Assembly (NCBI RefSeq): GCF_964355755.1
Contig: NC_092673.1
Coordinates: 13,054,948-13,118,947, forward strand
DNA length: 64,000 bases
Reading direction: 5' to 3'
DNA from: Antedon mediterranea
Taxonomy: Eukaryota; Animalia; Echinodermata
Within the stretch, counting starts at the first letter, position 1. Every line of letters begins with the position of its first letter. The notes beneath the pieces are model-generated. The model was not told the origin of the DNA and did no database searches. It saw only the letters and a program-made list of their open reading frames with translations. Of the stretch, positions 51,823 to 64,000 are shown piece after piece. The translations under genes and the position numbers were made by a program.

Positions 51823-52649
51823 GAATTTTTATACCAAATTCATTTTTAATTTCATTTTTTTTAAGAGAGAGAAGAGAGAGAGTGAAAGTGATAAGGTTAC
51901 ACTTCAGAGTCAATGGTTTTGGCTAACTCAATTTTTGCATATATGTATAATGTTTTTTTTTTCTTTTATATAACTTTAATTTTGCATGCCACTATTATAA
52001 CCATTTTTATATGTTAAATAGATTAAAAAAAAAAAAAAAGGGAAATAGAGGGATGTGATATAAAGATATACATTTATATTTAAGAAATTGACCTTTGTAT
52101 CGGAATTCAAATAGGTTCACAAACTTGACCCAGAAAGTCCAAAGGAGAGTTTGTCCAGATGTTTTAATGACCATTTAGTTTATAATAGAATCCCTAAAGA
52201 AAACACTTAGCTTAATTTTGTGACTTTCCCATCGTTAAACCAGGAGTGATCGACACTATTTAAGTACAGATTTGACAGTGTCATCCATCACAGAAATACC
52301 TTATTATACCGTTAATCACTCCCACTTAAACACCCCTGGATCAACTTAGGACCAATCGTTACCCTCACAGATGATGTAATGACATTATGCAAATGAACTG
52401 AGCCAATATACTCCCAAGTTTCAGAAGGGCCCAGACACACCTTACAGCCACCTCACGGAGCACACACCTCACAGCAGACCTACACACTTCACACCTCACT
52501 GACAGCATCATCGAATGTCCGTTCCTTATGTATACTTATAGTTGTATATTGTACTGAAGTATTATACTGAATAAATAATATATGTGTTACGACAGTCAAG
52601 CGAGTCAGAGTCCTTCATTAGTACCTCAACAACCCAACATTATATTACA
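51823..52649 (-). repeat. Right terminal inverted repeat (segment T)
   Basis: Reverse complement of 42198-43023 with a few substitutions, an ~11-bp indel near 52267 and a diverged patch at ~52455-52520. Confidence 0.95.
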
Positions 52650-52670
52650 CTAATGATGCCTAATGCCAGT

Positions 52671-54552
52671 TAGTCAGGTGGCTTAACAACAAAAAATGAG
52701 GAAATCGTTACACGGTGGACAAAAGCGCCAAATTTGGCATGGAGCTTCGTTGGGACCTACCAATTGATTTTTGCCTAGGAGCCACTCTGGTCGCAATTTA
52801 TTTTTCAAGATGGCGGCCAAAATCCAAAATGGCCGCCAATATATTGGAAAATCACATTTAATTTGTTACAGAAGTCACATATAGGCAAATGAACTATCAA
52901 AACATAAGTATTCATGGTCATTAAAACATATTTTAGACATGTTGCATAAAATGGGTCATTCGTTGTTAAGATGGTGGCTAAAATCCAACATGGCTGCCAG
53001 TAGCCTAAACTGGAATATCATTCTCTGGTTGCAGAAATCGCATATATCAAACGAAGTAGGAAAACACATGGAGTAGGCCTAATCATGGTCATTGAAACAT
53101 ATTTTAGACATGGTACATAATATAGGTCACTCGTTGCAAAGATGGTGGGAAAAATCCAAAATGGCTGCCAGTAAACTAGGAAATCACATACAGTATCTGT
53201 GGACGGCAGAAGTAATATGTAAATGAAGTAGCTGTAGTAAATGGTAGAGGTGGTATGTAAATTACAAGTAACTGTAAAAAAATCTATAAAAAAAAGTTAT
53301 AACCAGTTCAGTTTCTGAAACCACATAAAATGTGGTATTTTTGGGAAAATAAAGATTGAGGGCGCTGTTCACATAAGTAAAAGTACACTTTTCTACCTGT
53401 AACTAACTAAGTTTTTGTCAGAACATTTGTTAAATGGTCTTATTTGATAGATAATTACATTTTCTTTATATTAAAGAAAACAAATTTTACATTAAATATC
53501 CATAGTTCAGATAAATTTACGTTAAGTGCCTAAAATCAGCAAATATAACACATTTTAATACATAACAAATACTATTGGATGTTAGCAAATTACAAATTTA
53601 GTTATCATAAATAGGATTCTTTTACATTTTCATAGAAACTGTTTTATTATAAAACATATAAATATATATTTATCTAACAATTTCTCATAAAAAAACTTTT
53701 ACGACCACTAGTTTTCGAGATATAGAAATGTGTACTTCCAGTACAGGTCAAAGGTCAATAACAAGAATCTGGGTCATTTTCTTGGAAAAGTTTGTATTAG
53801 ACTGAATAGAAACATCCATCTTCTGATTAATTTGAGACCTATTTAAAGTTTGTCCAACTGTTAGGTACCACGTTATATGACATAGGTCAAAGGTCAAAAA
53901 TACCAAAAATCATACTTCCGGCCATTTTTTGACAAATTTTTCCATTAGGACGAATATTAATATGCATCTTCCAAATAATTTGACACTAAAATTATTTAAT
54001 TTAATGTAAGCGTTTAGGAGATATGGTTATTTTGTTTTCAATTGGATTAAAATATTCAAATTGAGGTCAAAGGTCAAAGAAAAACATTAGAAATTTGATA
54101 ACATGGGTTTTTATAACTAGCATGGTTAAAAAATTCATAAAATGCAATCCTTGGACTTTCCTTCTGATTTGCAGACTAAAATACATTAGGAATGGACTAT
54201 TTGTGACTTTGTATACGATTATATATGTATTTCAATTTCAATGGCTACCACTTTAAATTTTGGGCGCCATCTTGGAACTCATTTTATATAATATTTCCTG
54301 AATTGGTTTTACTGACTTCAGAAATTCTTGATTCAGTACATTATTTGTCTATTTGTAACTTTTACAGCCAGAGATATATGATATACCAATTTACTGGCAG
54401 CCATTTTGGATTTTGGCCGCCATCTTGGAAAATCGGAAGCTGATCGGGTGGCTCCTAGGCAAAAATCAATTAGTACGTCTAAAAGAAGCCTCATGCAAAA
54501 TTTGGTGCTTTTGTCCAACTTGTAACGTTTTAGTCGCTAAGCCACCTGACTA
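52671..54552. mobile_element. Non-autonomous DNA transposon, probably Academ (TAG termini, 3-bp TSD)
   Basis: tagtcaggtggctta...taagccacctgacta, imperfect TIR of at least 170 bp; agt duplicated at 52668-52670 and 54553-54555; empty site cc-agt-aggcc at ~22311. Confidence 0.85.
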
Positions 54553-55649
54553 AGTAGGCCTAATGTAAAAGGGAATGAAGTTCCTGTATCAAATCTAACA
54601 AAGGAAGATGCACTCAAGAAGGAGAGTTGTTATTTGAAGATATGAAATAGTTTATTCTTTGTAATTTCCTAGGATTTTTAAAATCCATTAAAAAATCATC
54701 ACAGAGTATACTAGCATGCTAGTTGGTTGTGAGATGAACTGTTAATTAAGTTATGTGTGGGGATGATGATAAAGGTCATCATTTTTTCAATGGGTCTATT
54801 ACCTCAAATTGTAGAAACAATCTGGAACAGGTGCACAAGTTGTACAAGAGGGTTATATAAAAAGAGCAATACATTTATTATACTGTACATGCATTTGCCG
54901 ATACTTTAGAACTATGGAAGGCAAAAGTTAGGTTCGACAAGCAGAATGGCTTTTTTTTTAATGGAGAGCAATGCATTCACCTTTTTATTTTCCATATTTC
55001 AGTTGTACCAAGAATGTACCTTGAATGTAGCAAGCTGAAATCGATGAAACCCACAAGATTTATTATGAAAAACATGCCTAAAATCTCTAAGAATATGTGT
55101 TTCTTTCCTGGATAACATTCATCTATCGAACCAAACAGTCTACCACCTTTTGGTAAGCATGAATTGAAATGTCTAGCAAATAAAGCAAATTTTTTATTGT
55201 TGCTTAACACTCAAAGTTTAGAATGATATCTATGCTGAAGGGTCCACAAAAAACTAAGCCATGCAAAGAGTAGACATTTAAATGTTATAAAAAAAAGAAA
55301 GAATACATTCAAAGTTATGTTGGTATAACTTTAAAAAAAGTAGTTTTACTACTAAAGATTACAGTAATTTAGAATGCAATTTTATTGAAAAAAAAAAGAA
55401 AACATATACAAAAATGTGGCTCAATAGCCCAAATTCATTTTAATCAAGCTAAAAGATAGAGATATAAATATATATATAATACAATATAGATAATTTATTA
55501 CTGTCCGGGTTAAAGTATGGTTGAGGAACAGAAATTTGATGCTTTCAGCAACACCACTCTGTGGCTGCATGTATAAGGTAAGAAGTTTTTTCAAACAAAT
55601 TAGCATATAAACCTACAAAGAAGCAGATGACTTTAAAAAAACACTGAGA

Positions 55650-56770
55650 AAGTGGCAAGACCATTATCAGCAGATGTTAAACCAAATAAGATTCAGACTT
55701 TCAACTACAAATAGTCATGATAAAGACCAACAAACGGATGTTAAAATTCAACAAAAACTAATTGTTAAACAGAGAGTACGTATTTCTAGACTAAAACACG
55801 GCGTACGTAAACTAAAACAAACCGTAACAAGGCCAACTGCCATAAGTCGCGTGCTCTCAGAAAAAAATGAACTTTCAAAACATAATGTACTTTAAAACTT
55901 TTCTGTACATCAAAACAGTTAAAAAAGTACATAAAAGCGATAAAACGCATAGTGATACCGGACCGACAGACAGACCGACCGACATAGTGAACTATTGAGT
56001 CGCGTCCACGCGACTAAAAAAAATAAAGGTACAAATGTTGCAATGAACAACATTGCTAGTATTATAGGTCAGGTAAAACGATACATTAAAGAACCAGCAT
56101 TGTCATTTTTCTCCTTACAGCTTAAGAATTCTGAACTTCTAACAAAAGCCAGGGGTAGAAGATGGTCATACAGTAACAAGGTGTTAGCCCTGTCACACCA
56201 TCAAGGCCCCAGGGCGTATGAATTTTGTAGACAAATATTCATTATGCCTACACCTTCATCTTTACATAAATGGTTGAAAAACATCGAAATTCAACCAGGG
56301 TTCAACACCGTTCCATCTTCCGACATTACGCTTTCCACAATTTGTTTCCATTTTTGTCTGTTTATCGCAGGATGGTTTGTTATTGTGTTAATGTCTACAT
56401 GTCTTATTTGATTCATCCAGTTATTTCTTGGTCTTCCTACGGGTCATTTTACTTTCCTGTTTAGTTTACTTCATTGTTTGTTTGATTGGGGTATCATCCG
56501 GTAATCTAATTATGCGTTTAATAGCCGGATTTAAAAAGAGAAGAAGAAGCTGAAGCGACCGATGTCCACAAATTCTTCCCATGTGCAGTTCTTTAATAAA
56601 TAAAAGTCATGGCTGAATAATGTGAAAGCAGACACCACGAGCTGGATGGCTATTGGTGATATCTTGCTTGTTAGAGCTATGGGCAGACCTAAACATCAGA
56701 AAAGACATAAAGTTTATGCTCACAGCAAGATTCAATCAAGATATTGTTGAAAACCTGTTTTCACAAACTT
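55650..56770 (+). pseudogene. P-element/THAP9-type transposase remnant (duplicate of 23400-24500)
   Basis: ORF 55995-56411 nearly identical to 23619-24167. Confidence 0.75.
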
Positions 56771-58461
56771 ATGTAAAAACAATCAATATTGATTGAACAA
56801 GTTGTACTGCACATCTAATCAGTTTTGTGAATAAATAAAGTTTATATATATAAATCGGCAAAGTTCAACCAGGTTCAACATTGCCGATTTGTCTGGGACG
56901 AATCGTAACTATTAGCCAATCACACACTGAATATCAGTCGACGTCACTCGCGGCGGGAATCTGCTCTCATCATCGATCCACACAACATCGACGATTGCGA
57001 TAATGATAGCAGCGACAACAGTTTCGACGTGTCTCTTCTTAATTTTGTTGTCTCTACGACAAAGGTTTGAAGGGATTTAAAGATATGCGAACAAAAAGCA
57101 ATGCATGGAGTGAGGTTGCGGCAAAACTAGGATGTACTGTTAAAAAATGCATCCAACAGAACTAAAGTGTCCGGACAACATTTTCTTTGTTAATTTTGTG
57201 TTTTTATAGTTTATTTTGTATTTACTGTTTGTATTGTTTGAGGGTCCCTAATGATCAGCTGATGCTGGATGGACCACCCTCATAAAATATTGTTGAAAAA
57301 AAAAAAAAAAAAATAGGCACATCTAGCCTAGGCCCTACTAACTAGCTAGGCCTAGTTCGCTAGCGTTCTCTACCTGCCTGCTGGATTTTGCCTTTTTAGT
57401 AGGTAGGCCTAGCCTTATCTTAATGATAAAACCGTAATTTAAAGAAAAATAGTACATTGCCTGGAAGTCAACGAGTTTTGGTTAAATTTAACTGTTATAG
57501 CTAAATCATTTTTGTTAATGTAATTTTTTTTATTTTTCATCTTCCTTAATGCAAATGGTTACAAAAAAATTACACTAACTACAACTATGGGCCACAGTTA
57601 TTACTTTTGAGGAGTGTACTTAAGTTAAAGAGAGTAATATATTTTTTTAAATAGTTCATACATGGTTACATTTACTTTAAAAAGCTTACAAATTCACCCT
57701 AAACTAGCAATTTTCTAGTAGCTTTTTCATGATTTCTAGTTTTTCTAATTTTAAAACTTTTAAATCAAGTATATTAACAATGGTACTTGATTTGCCAATT
57801 CTGTAAATTCAATTTTTTTAGAAATTAAAAATGTGCTAGGTCTACTGTAGCTAGCAAAGTTGGGTTACTAATTTCCGTTCTTTTCCTTACCCTGTTTTAT
57901 AAACAAAATAAATAGATATGGTTTTTAGGACTTTTGAAATAAAAGAGCTCTATAGGCCTAGTTAGAATAGAATAGAAGTAGGCATAGAGGCTGTAAAAAA
58001 GCTGTACTGTATTTCATCACAAAACTTTACCTAGGTCCTCTTAGACTATTTACAGTCACAACTTAGGACTCTTAAGTCGTGATCGGTAGTGACATGCTTG
58101 CATATTATTGACATTATTATTTTTAAGGAAGAGAGCTATTTTATTAGATCTAACTAAGATGAACCAGTCTTCCTAGCACATTAAAATCATGACAAATTAG
58201 TATTAATATAATCAGACTTTGAATAGGTTGTTTTAGTTTTAATAAAGTTATTAAATATTATCACTTCCATATAGAAAAAAAAACAAATGTTTTCACTAAT
58301 AAAATGACAAAATAAATTTAAATGGTTACATTCAACCACAAAACCATTTTGATGGTATCTAAATGCTTTAAATTACATTTTTTCAGGTAAATAAATTTTT
58401 CTTTTTTAGATCCAATTTTTGGTCAAAGTGGATAACTAGGCCTTAGGCATATTCTAGGATG

Positions 58462-59659
58462 CAGACGTTCCAACCCTCCCGATTTATCCGGGAGTCTCCC
58501 GAATTTTAACATCACCTCCCGGTCTCCGAATTTTAAATATATCTCCCGATTTCACACATTTCTATAAAATTAAAATTCAGTATTATTGCATTAAATTAAA
58601 ATCTATCTTCCCACGAAAGTTAATATTACAAATTAATTTAATCTCACACGTCGTACGTACCACCCCGTATGATACAACGAACATGTAATGTATGTAAAGA
58701 TTGTATAGCATAGTACAGCATACTGTAAGGCGACGTCCTTTGTGTTTACCGACAGTATGTGATTCTTACCTTTAGCGATAAAGCTACAGTATCGCTTTAT
58801 CAGTAGAGTAGGTGCACGTGTACTGAAAATTTTTCCTGGTTACAAGTTTGACCTAATTCCCATGCCCAGGGAAAGCATCATCGTCAGTGTAATAGGAGTA
58901 GTACTGTGCGACGTCCTTTGTGTTTACCGACAGTACGCGATGAATCTACAGAATCAGTAGTAGGCGCGCGTGTACTGAAATTGCTAGTTACAAGTTCTTT
59001 GACCCAATTCCAATGCCCAGGCATCGATCGTACCATCGTACAGTACTGTATGTATTATCACTGCGCATGTACCGGAAAAGTACTTGTAGTACTGTATTTT
59101 GCGTACATACTTTCGTGAATTGCAATCACTTGTGAAATTTTCTGGTTTTACAGTATGTCGGAAAAACGTAGTAGCGTAGTTTTAGAGACTAAAGAAAGTT
59201 GTAAAAAGAAAAAATATAAAACTAGATTTTCTAATGAATGGAAAAATACGTTTCCGTTTGTTAGTGCGAGTAATCAACACGTTACCGAGAGTGAATACAA
59301 GTTTTTTTGCACTATTTGTAACGTGAATTTGTCATGCTCACAGGGAGGAATCAACGATGTTGCTGTACACTCCAGTAAGTTGTTTGTTTTAATTTGTATT
59401 TTTGTTAATGAATTAATACAAGTACAGATTTGATTTGTACTGTGAATGATTTTTTATTTAAGTGTATACAACAATATAAAGTTAGTAAATATAGTTTGAT
59501 TTATAATCACCAAACAAGTTCTTTTCTTTTTGTTTGTATTACTCTGATTTGCAAAGAGCTGTCTTAAGATTCGTGTTGGTAGTACAGTATACTTTTATTC
59601 TTGAACGTTGGTGGCGGTATACCCTCCCGATTTTTAATTCATTTAGATTGGAACGTCTG
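58462..59659 (+). mobile_element. hAT-like non-autonomous element (duplicate of 26185-27391)
   Basis: Same TIRs and aggatg TSD; zinc-finger exon open here (59155-59433). Confidence 0.8.
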
Positions 59660-60309
59660 AGGATGTGACATTAAAAAAAATGGCATATTAAAAAAAAAAC
59701 AAGGGGACAATACATCTTTTATTGCCTGGGTCTAATAATACTGTACCAAAGGAGATTACAATACCACTACTATTAGGCCGCCTACTAATAATATTAGCCT
59801 CTAATACAAAACTAAAGCTTGTTTTCCATTAAATCGCTACATCATGTCGACATGTATCACCGACAGTTGTCCCCGACTTAGGATAGTGATTTTATGGAAA
59901 CGCTCGTTGTAGGGTGTCAATCTGGTACTAAACTATGCATGCATTGACACCAAAAGCACAAAAAACGTACGTACACACTTACGTAATTTGAAATGGCAGC
60001 AATTGCAAGACGTCAAATTTTAATTTTAAAAAATGCTTCTGCTTTTATGGAAGCAAAAAAAGCAAAACCAATGTAAAATCAATAAAAAAAAAGAAAACAT
60101 CGATGTTGGGTTAGAAAAATCTACCAAGAAATAAAAAAGAAAAAACGAAATATGGACAGTACTCGACACTATTTAGAATTCTAAAAAGTGATGACCGAGA
60201 GTACTTTTACAGGTAGCTAAGAAAGTTAGTTAGTAAGTTAGTTATCATATTATGGTTAAAATATTATATAGAGAATTCAAAACCTAACTATTTTAAAATA
60301 AAATATCTT

Positions 60310-62905
60310 GATATTAGATTCCAAAGCAGCATCTTAATAATGAGCAGTCCTTACAATTAGGAAGACCTGGAAATAAGGAAAGTGATGAGGCTGAGACCTG
60401 TACCCTTTTTTAGGACAATGATGAAGATCTTATAACAATCAATGACTTAAAACACTAAAAATGAAAGAGTTTTGTAAAATTGTGTTTCCTCAAAAGACAT
60501 GAAAAGAAAATTATCATCATCAATTAATTAATTAAGTACAAACAAACTGCTCGTTTAATCTTTTCATAGAAATCAAAATCAATAAAGGGGATATTGAAGA
60601 GCAAAAAGTTGAACTAATTGAGGCAGCTGCTAAATTAATCAATAGTATTATTATCAATTAAGTATGTCAAAAACTACAAATAATAAGGAATACCCTTTGG
60701 ATGATGAGTTAACTGTTGAAAATGGTTTGGCCTACCCAGAAGTTTGAGGATTTTTTGTAAGAAATTATTTGTTGGAAAGGAGACTGAATTAAAGGTAGCA
60801 TCAATTGGCCAATCGATCATCCAAGCCGCAAGGCCTAGAGCAATTTATAGCTCCATTTCAATTGGGCTTTGCCATACAGATGCACCACCATTTCGAATAA
60901 AAATACCTAATAAATTCTTTAAATTTACTTTTAAAATAAGTTTTGAAATTTGAAGGAAATGCTGTCATAATTAGTATGGATAGGTTGTGTGACGTAGCGC
61001 ATGATAGCTCAGTTACCTTTAATACTGACAATGTAGACCACAACATTCAGATTCAGATTCAGATAGAAAGAATACATTCCATGGAATGGGTATGATAGCA
61101 TGTATCAAAAATGGAAAGGTATAAATATAACATCCGTTCCCAGAAAAATTTTCTCAAGCAGTCAGATATCAAAAGCATCTCATGTGAAAATGGTAACCTA
61201 CCATGAGTCAAGGAACATACTTAATTGTATGAAGCAGACATCCATATCTGAATGTGTTATATTTCATATTAAATTTTCCTAATGCTCAGATATTGGTACC
61301 TTGTTCGTTTGACCAAAATGCTCTGGGCTGTCGGTCACTGCCATCAAAATCACTTGCCCATATACTGCCATGCATTCTCCACTAGAGTTTGAGGTGTACC
61401 AAAAAACTAATCATTAAATACATGTAACCTAAAAGTGCATGAACTTCCCGGGGAAACAGCTGCAGATTATACCAAACACATCTCACATATTGCAAATATT
61501 GTCTGCTAAATCAAGAATGCGGATGGAGAAGAAATTCGACAGAAAATAATCAGATATTGCGAATACTATATAAGAGTCATTGTTAATCATGCCACCACAG
61601 CCAGCCTAAATGAAGTTTGGAATATGAGTTGAACTGCCATCTACATCCTCTGGATTCTATTTCAACTTCATGTACATCTTTAAAACAATTAAAGACAAAC
61701 ATAATGTAACAGGTAATAAGATAATTTTTATTTTCGTATTAAACAAGGCTAATTTTAACAGATTTTTATTTGGTTAACAAATATTAAAATGTTTTTCTTA
61801 TTTTAAATTACAGGTGAGCGAATTTATGGATCAGACAGTTCTGCTGGTCAGTTGTCATTAGCCTTCACAACATTTAAAGATGGTTCAGACACCTAATATA
61901 CAATGGATAAAAACACTAATCCAATTCCCATACAATACAAAACAGTGAAAGCCACATAGCAAGCCAATCTTGTGGGACAATCACAGAAAAAAATCTATGA
62001 CAGTAAAGCCAACAACCAGACTACAATGGACCAATAAAGGTAAGTTATGTTAAAACAAGAATGACATTTTGTTTTCACACCTGAACATTAAAGAATACTG
62101 TACACTTCAAGAACAGAATGTATATGTCGTAATTAATGATGAAGTTCGGTAGCTGAATGAAAATTGAAATCCGAACTTCCAATCACGGGTTAAATTTCAT
62201 TCTTATCAATCTACCAAAGCTGAGGATACCAAATGGATTGGGAAAATGTTACAAGGAAAGAAACATCAGATACGCCTGCAATAGTTAAGCATATGTTTAA
62301 AGTATGTATGGATGTAACAAATATCCATCGCCAGCAGGTGCCAATATAAAGTGATGATCAACCATTTGCTATTGCAAAGCAGCTTTAATGGCAACATCTC
62401 CAGCAATTTGACGAGGACAAGATATTATAAATGATGTGAGGCCTGCATATTGAGCTGGCAATAAATGGTTGGGATATTGCTCTAAAATAGTTGTTGGTCA
62501 GAAACAACATCAGGAAGAGCCGAATCATTAACCTTTGCTAAGCATGTTAAGCATGCTCGGTATGCACACCAGTTTACACTTGTCTCCTTAAAGTTGAGAT
62601 AACGGGAATAATGAGACTGGATATGGTTGACAAACAAAAAGGGAAAATATCCACAATTTTTTTTTCGGAGATTGAATGAAACTACAGATGGTCTACCTTG
62701 CTTTTGTTAGATTTTTAGTTTTATGTTAAAATCATTTTAGCTGTATGCTTTATGAATATTTTCCTTGAACCAAACTCATTACTAGCGATGGCTACCCATT
62801 CATCTGAGAGATATGGTGTAAGATATGGTATAATTATATGGGCAAAATTCATGAATGGCAGATTCACGACAAAACAGTTCTTAAGATGGCCTTAGATCAG
62901 GTTGG
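60310..62905 (+). pseudogene. Academ-like transposase remnants (duplicate of 28030-30655)
   Basis: ORFs 60744, 60858 and 61100 identical to 28496, 28610 and 28852. Confidence 0.6.
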
Positions 62906-64000
62906 AAACTATCTATTTTGTGAAAAATAAAGTTCCATCTAGGGTATGTGGTTCAGAGTTCACACGGTGTCAGATTTCACACGCCCACCTCATAAATATT
63001 CATTTGTAAACAAACCCATCAACCAATCAAAACACTTTGCTCACTGAACTGTAAAATTACTTCTCTGCTTCGATCGTTGATCCAAGCAGTGTACAGCAAA
63101 ACTTTGAATCCAAAAAACCATATTTTGCAAGTCAAGGTAGGTACAAAACTTGAATTTTTCTTAATTACGCAATTAGCTAACGAGTATGGGCCACGTGCAA
63201 AAGCCCAAAAAATCTAAATTTAAAGAGATATACTTGTAATTTATGATTTATATGGTCTTTAATAACTGGCCAAACAAAAATAATTTGTTCGTCTGATGCT
63301 TACGTCATCAACCGATTGTAGGGGAGGGTGAGCGAATACCAGGCCACTAAATCCCAGTTGGGTTCAAAATTCACCCGGTTGGTGGCGCTATATACTTTTT
63401 TTATAATGTACTGGTTTTGGGTGATTAGATGCTTCTTAGCCATCTTAATTAGGCGTTTTAACCAAATATAACTCAATAAAACCGTTTTTTATTCAATAGC
63501 TATAGTCCTAAATATTTAAAAAATTAAATAAATATAAAAATTAAATATTATTATTATTATATTTTTTTTATTACAGATTTATATCAAGAATTAAATCAAG
63601 AACATTAAAAAATTAGTACGTGAGGTATATTTCGGAAGCACGTGCGTGTGGGCCTGCTAACTAATGTTATTTAATTGGCATACTTAATATACATTATTGT
63701 GATAAACATTATTCAAATAATCATTAAATTTTCTTTTTTTTAAAGGTTATCTACAGTCATCTTTAATTTCAACAGTATTTATATTTAAATATTTACTTAT
63801 AACAGTATGTGTACCGTTTATTTTATACAGAGTGTAAATTATATTTTTTAATATTTAACAATAAATATATAACATTTACGAAGAAAACATTGTTTATTAC
63901 TTATCATTTTTGTTTGTTGTTATTAACAATACTGCATATCATTTGTATTGGAATCCTTCGAACGAGTGTAGCATCAGATATTTTCCCGTGTTAGGATTGG

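Larger units (their letters stand above)
42198..52649 (-). mobile_element. Ty3/Gypsy-type retroelement bounded by long terminal inverted repeats, 4-bp TSD
   Basis: Starts tgtaatataatgttggg, ends cccaacattatattaca; ctaa at 42194-42197 and 52650-52653; empty site tttaa-ctaa-tgatgcc at ~22290; gag-PR-RT-RH-IN order on the minus strand. Confidence 0.95.
35931..64000 (+). repeat. Segmental duplication copy 2 (contains 10.45-kb and 1.88-kb insertions; runs off window end)
   Basis: Colinear with 15668-31752; window end matches position 31752. Confidence 0.97.

Noticed and set aside
42198-52649. DIRS element, or a Gypsy nested inside an unrelated TIR DNA transposon
   Set aside because: It encodes a DDE integrase, not a tyrosine recombinase. 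There is no internal LTR pair or second TSD, and the terminal sequence itself recurs next to the PBS, so ends and gag-pol belong together

Overview
AT-rich, intron-bearing, transposon-saturated animal (invertebrate-type) genomic DNA with no intact host gene. About 15.7-31.8 kb is repeated in direct orientation at about 35.9-64 kb, so the first copy supplies the empty sites for two younger insertions in the second. The standout is a 10,452-bp Ty3/Gypsy-type gag-pol retroelement (42198-52649; TG...CA ends, 4-bp CTAA target-site duplication, DDE integrase) that lacks ordinary direct LTRs. Its ends are long INVERTED repeats. An internal ~155-bp direct copy of one terminus sits immediately before a TGG primer-binding-site candidate. 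One arm carries a 1.37-kb cassette with an antisense 291-aa ORF ending in a RING-like Cys/His cluster. The RT catalytic motif reads HHDD. The rest is decayed LINE, DIRS, Harbinger, Academ-like, P/THAP9, pogo, hAT, CACTA-like and RAG1/Transib-like fragments plus a 62-bp x10 minisatellite. All family calls come from motif recognition by eye, with no database searches.
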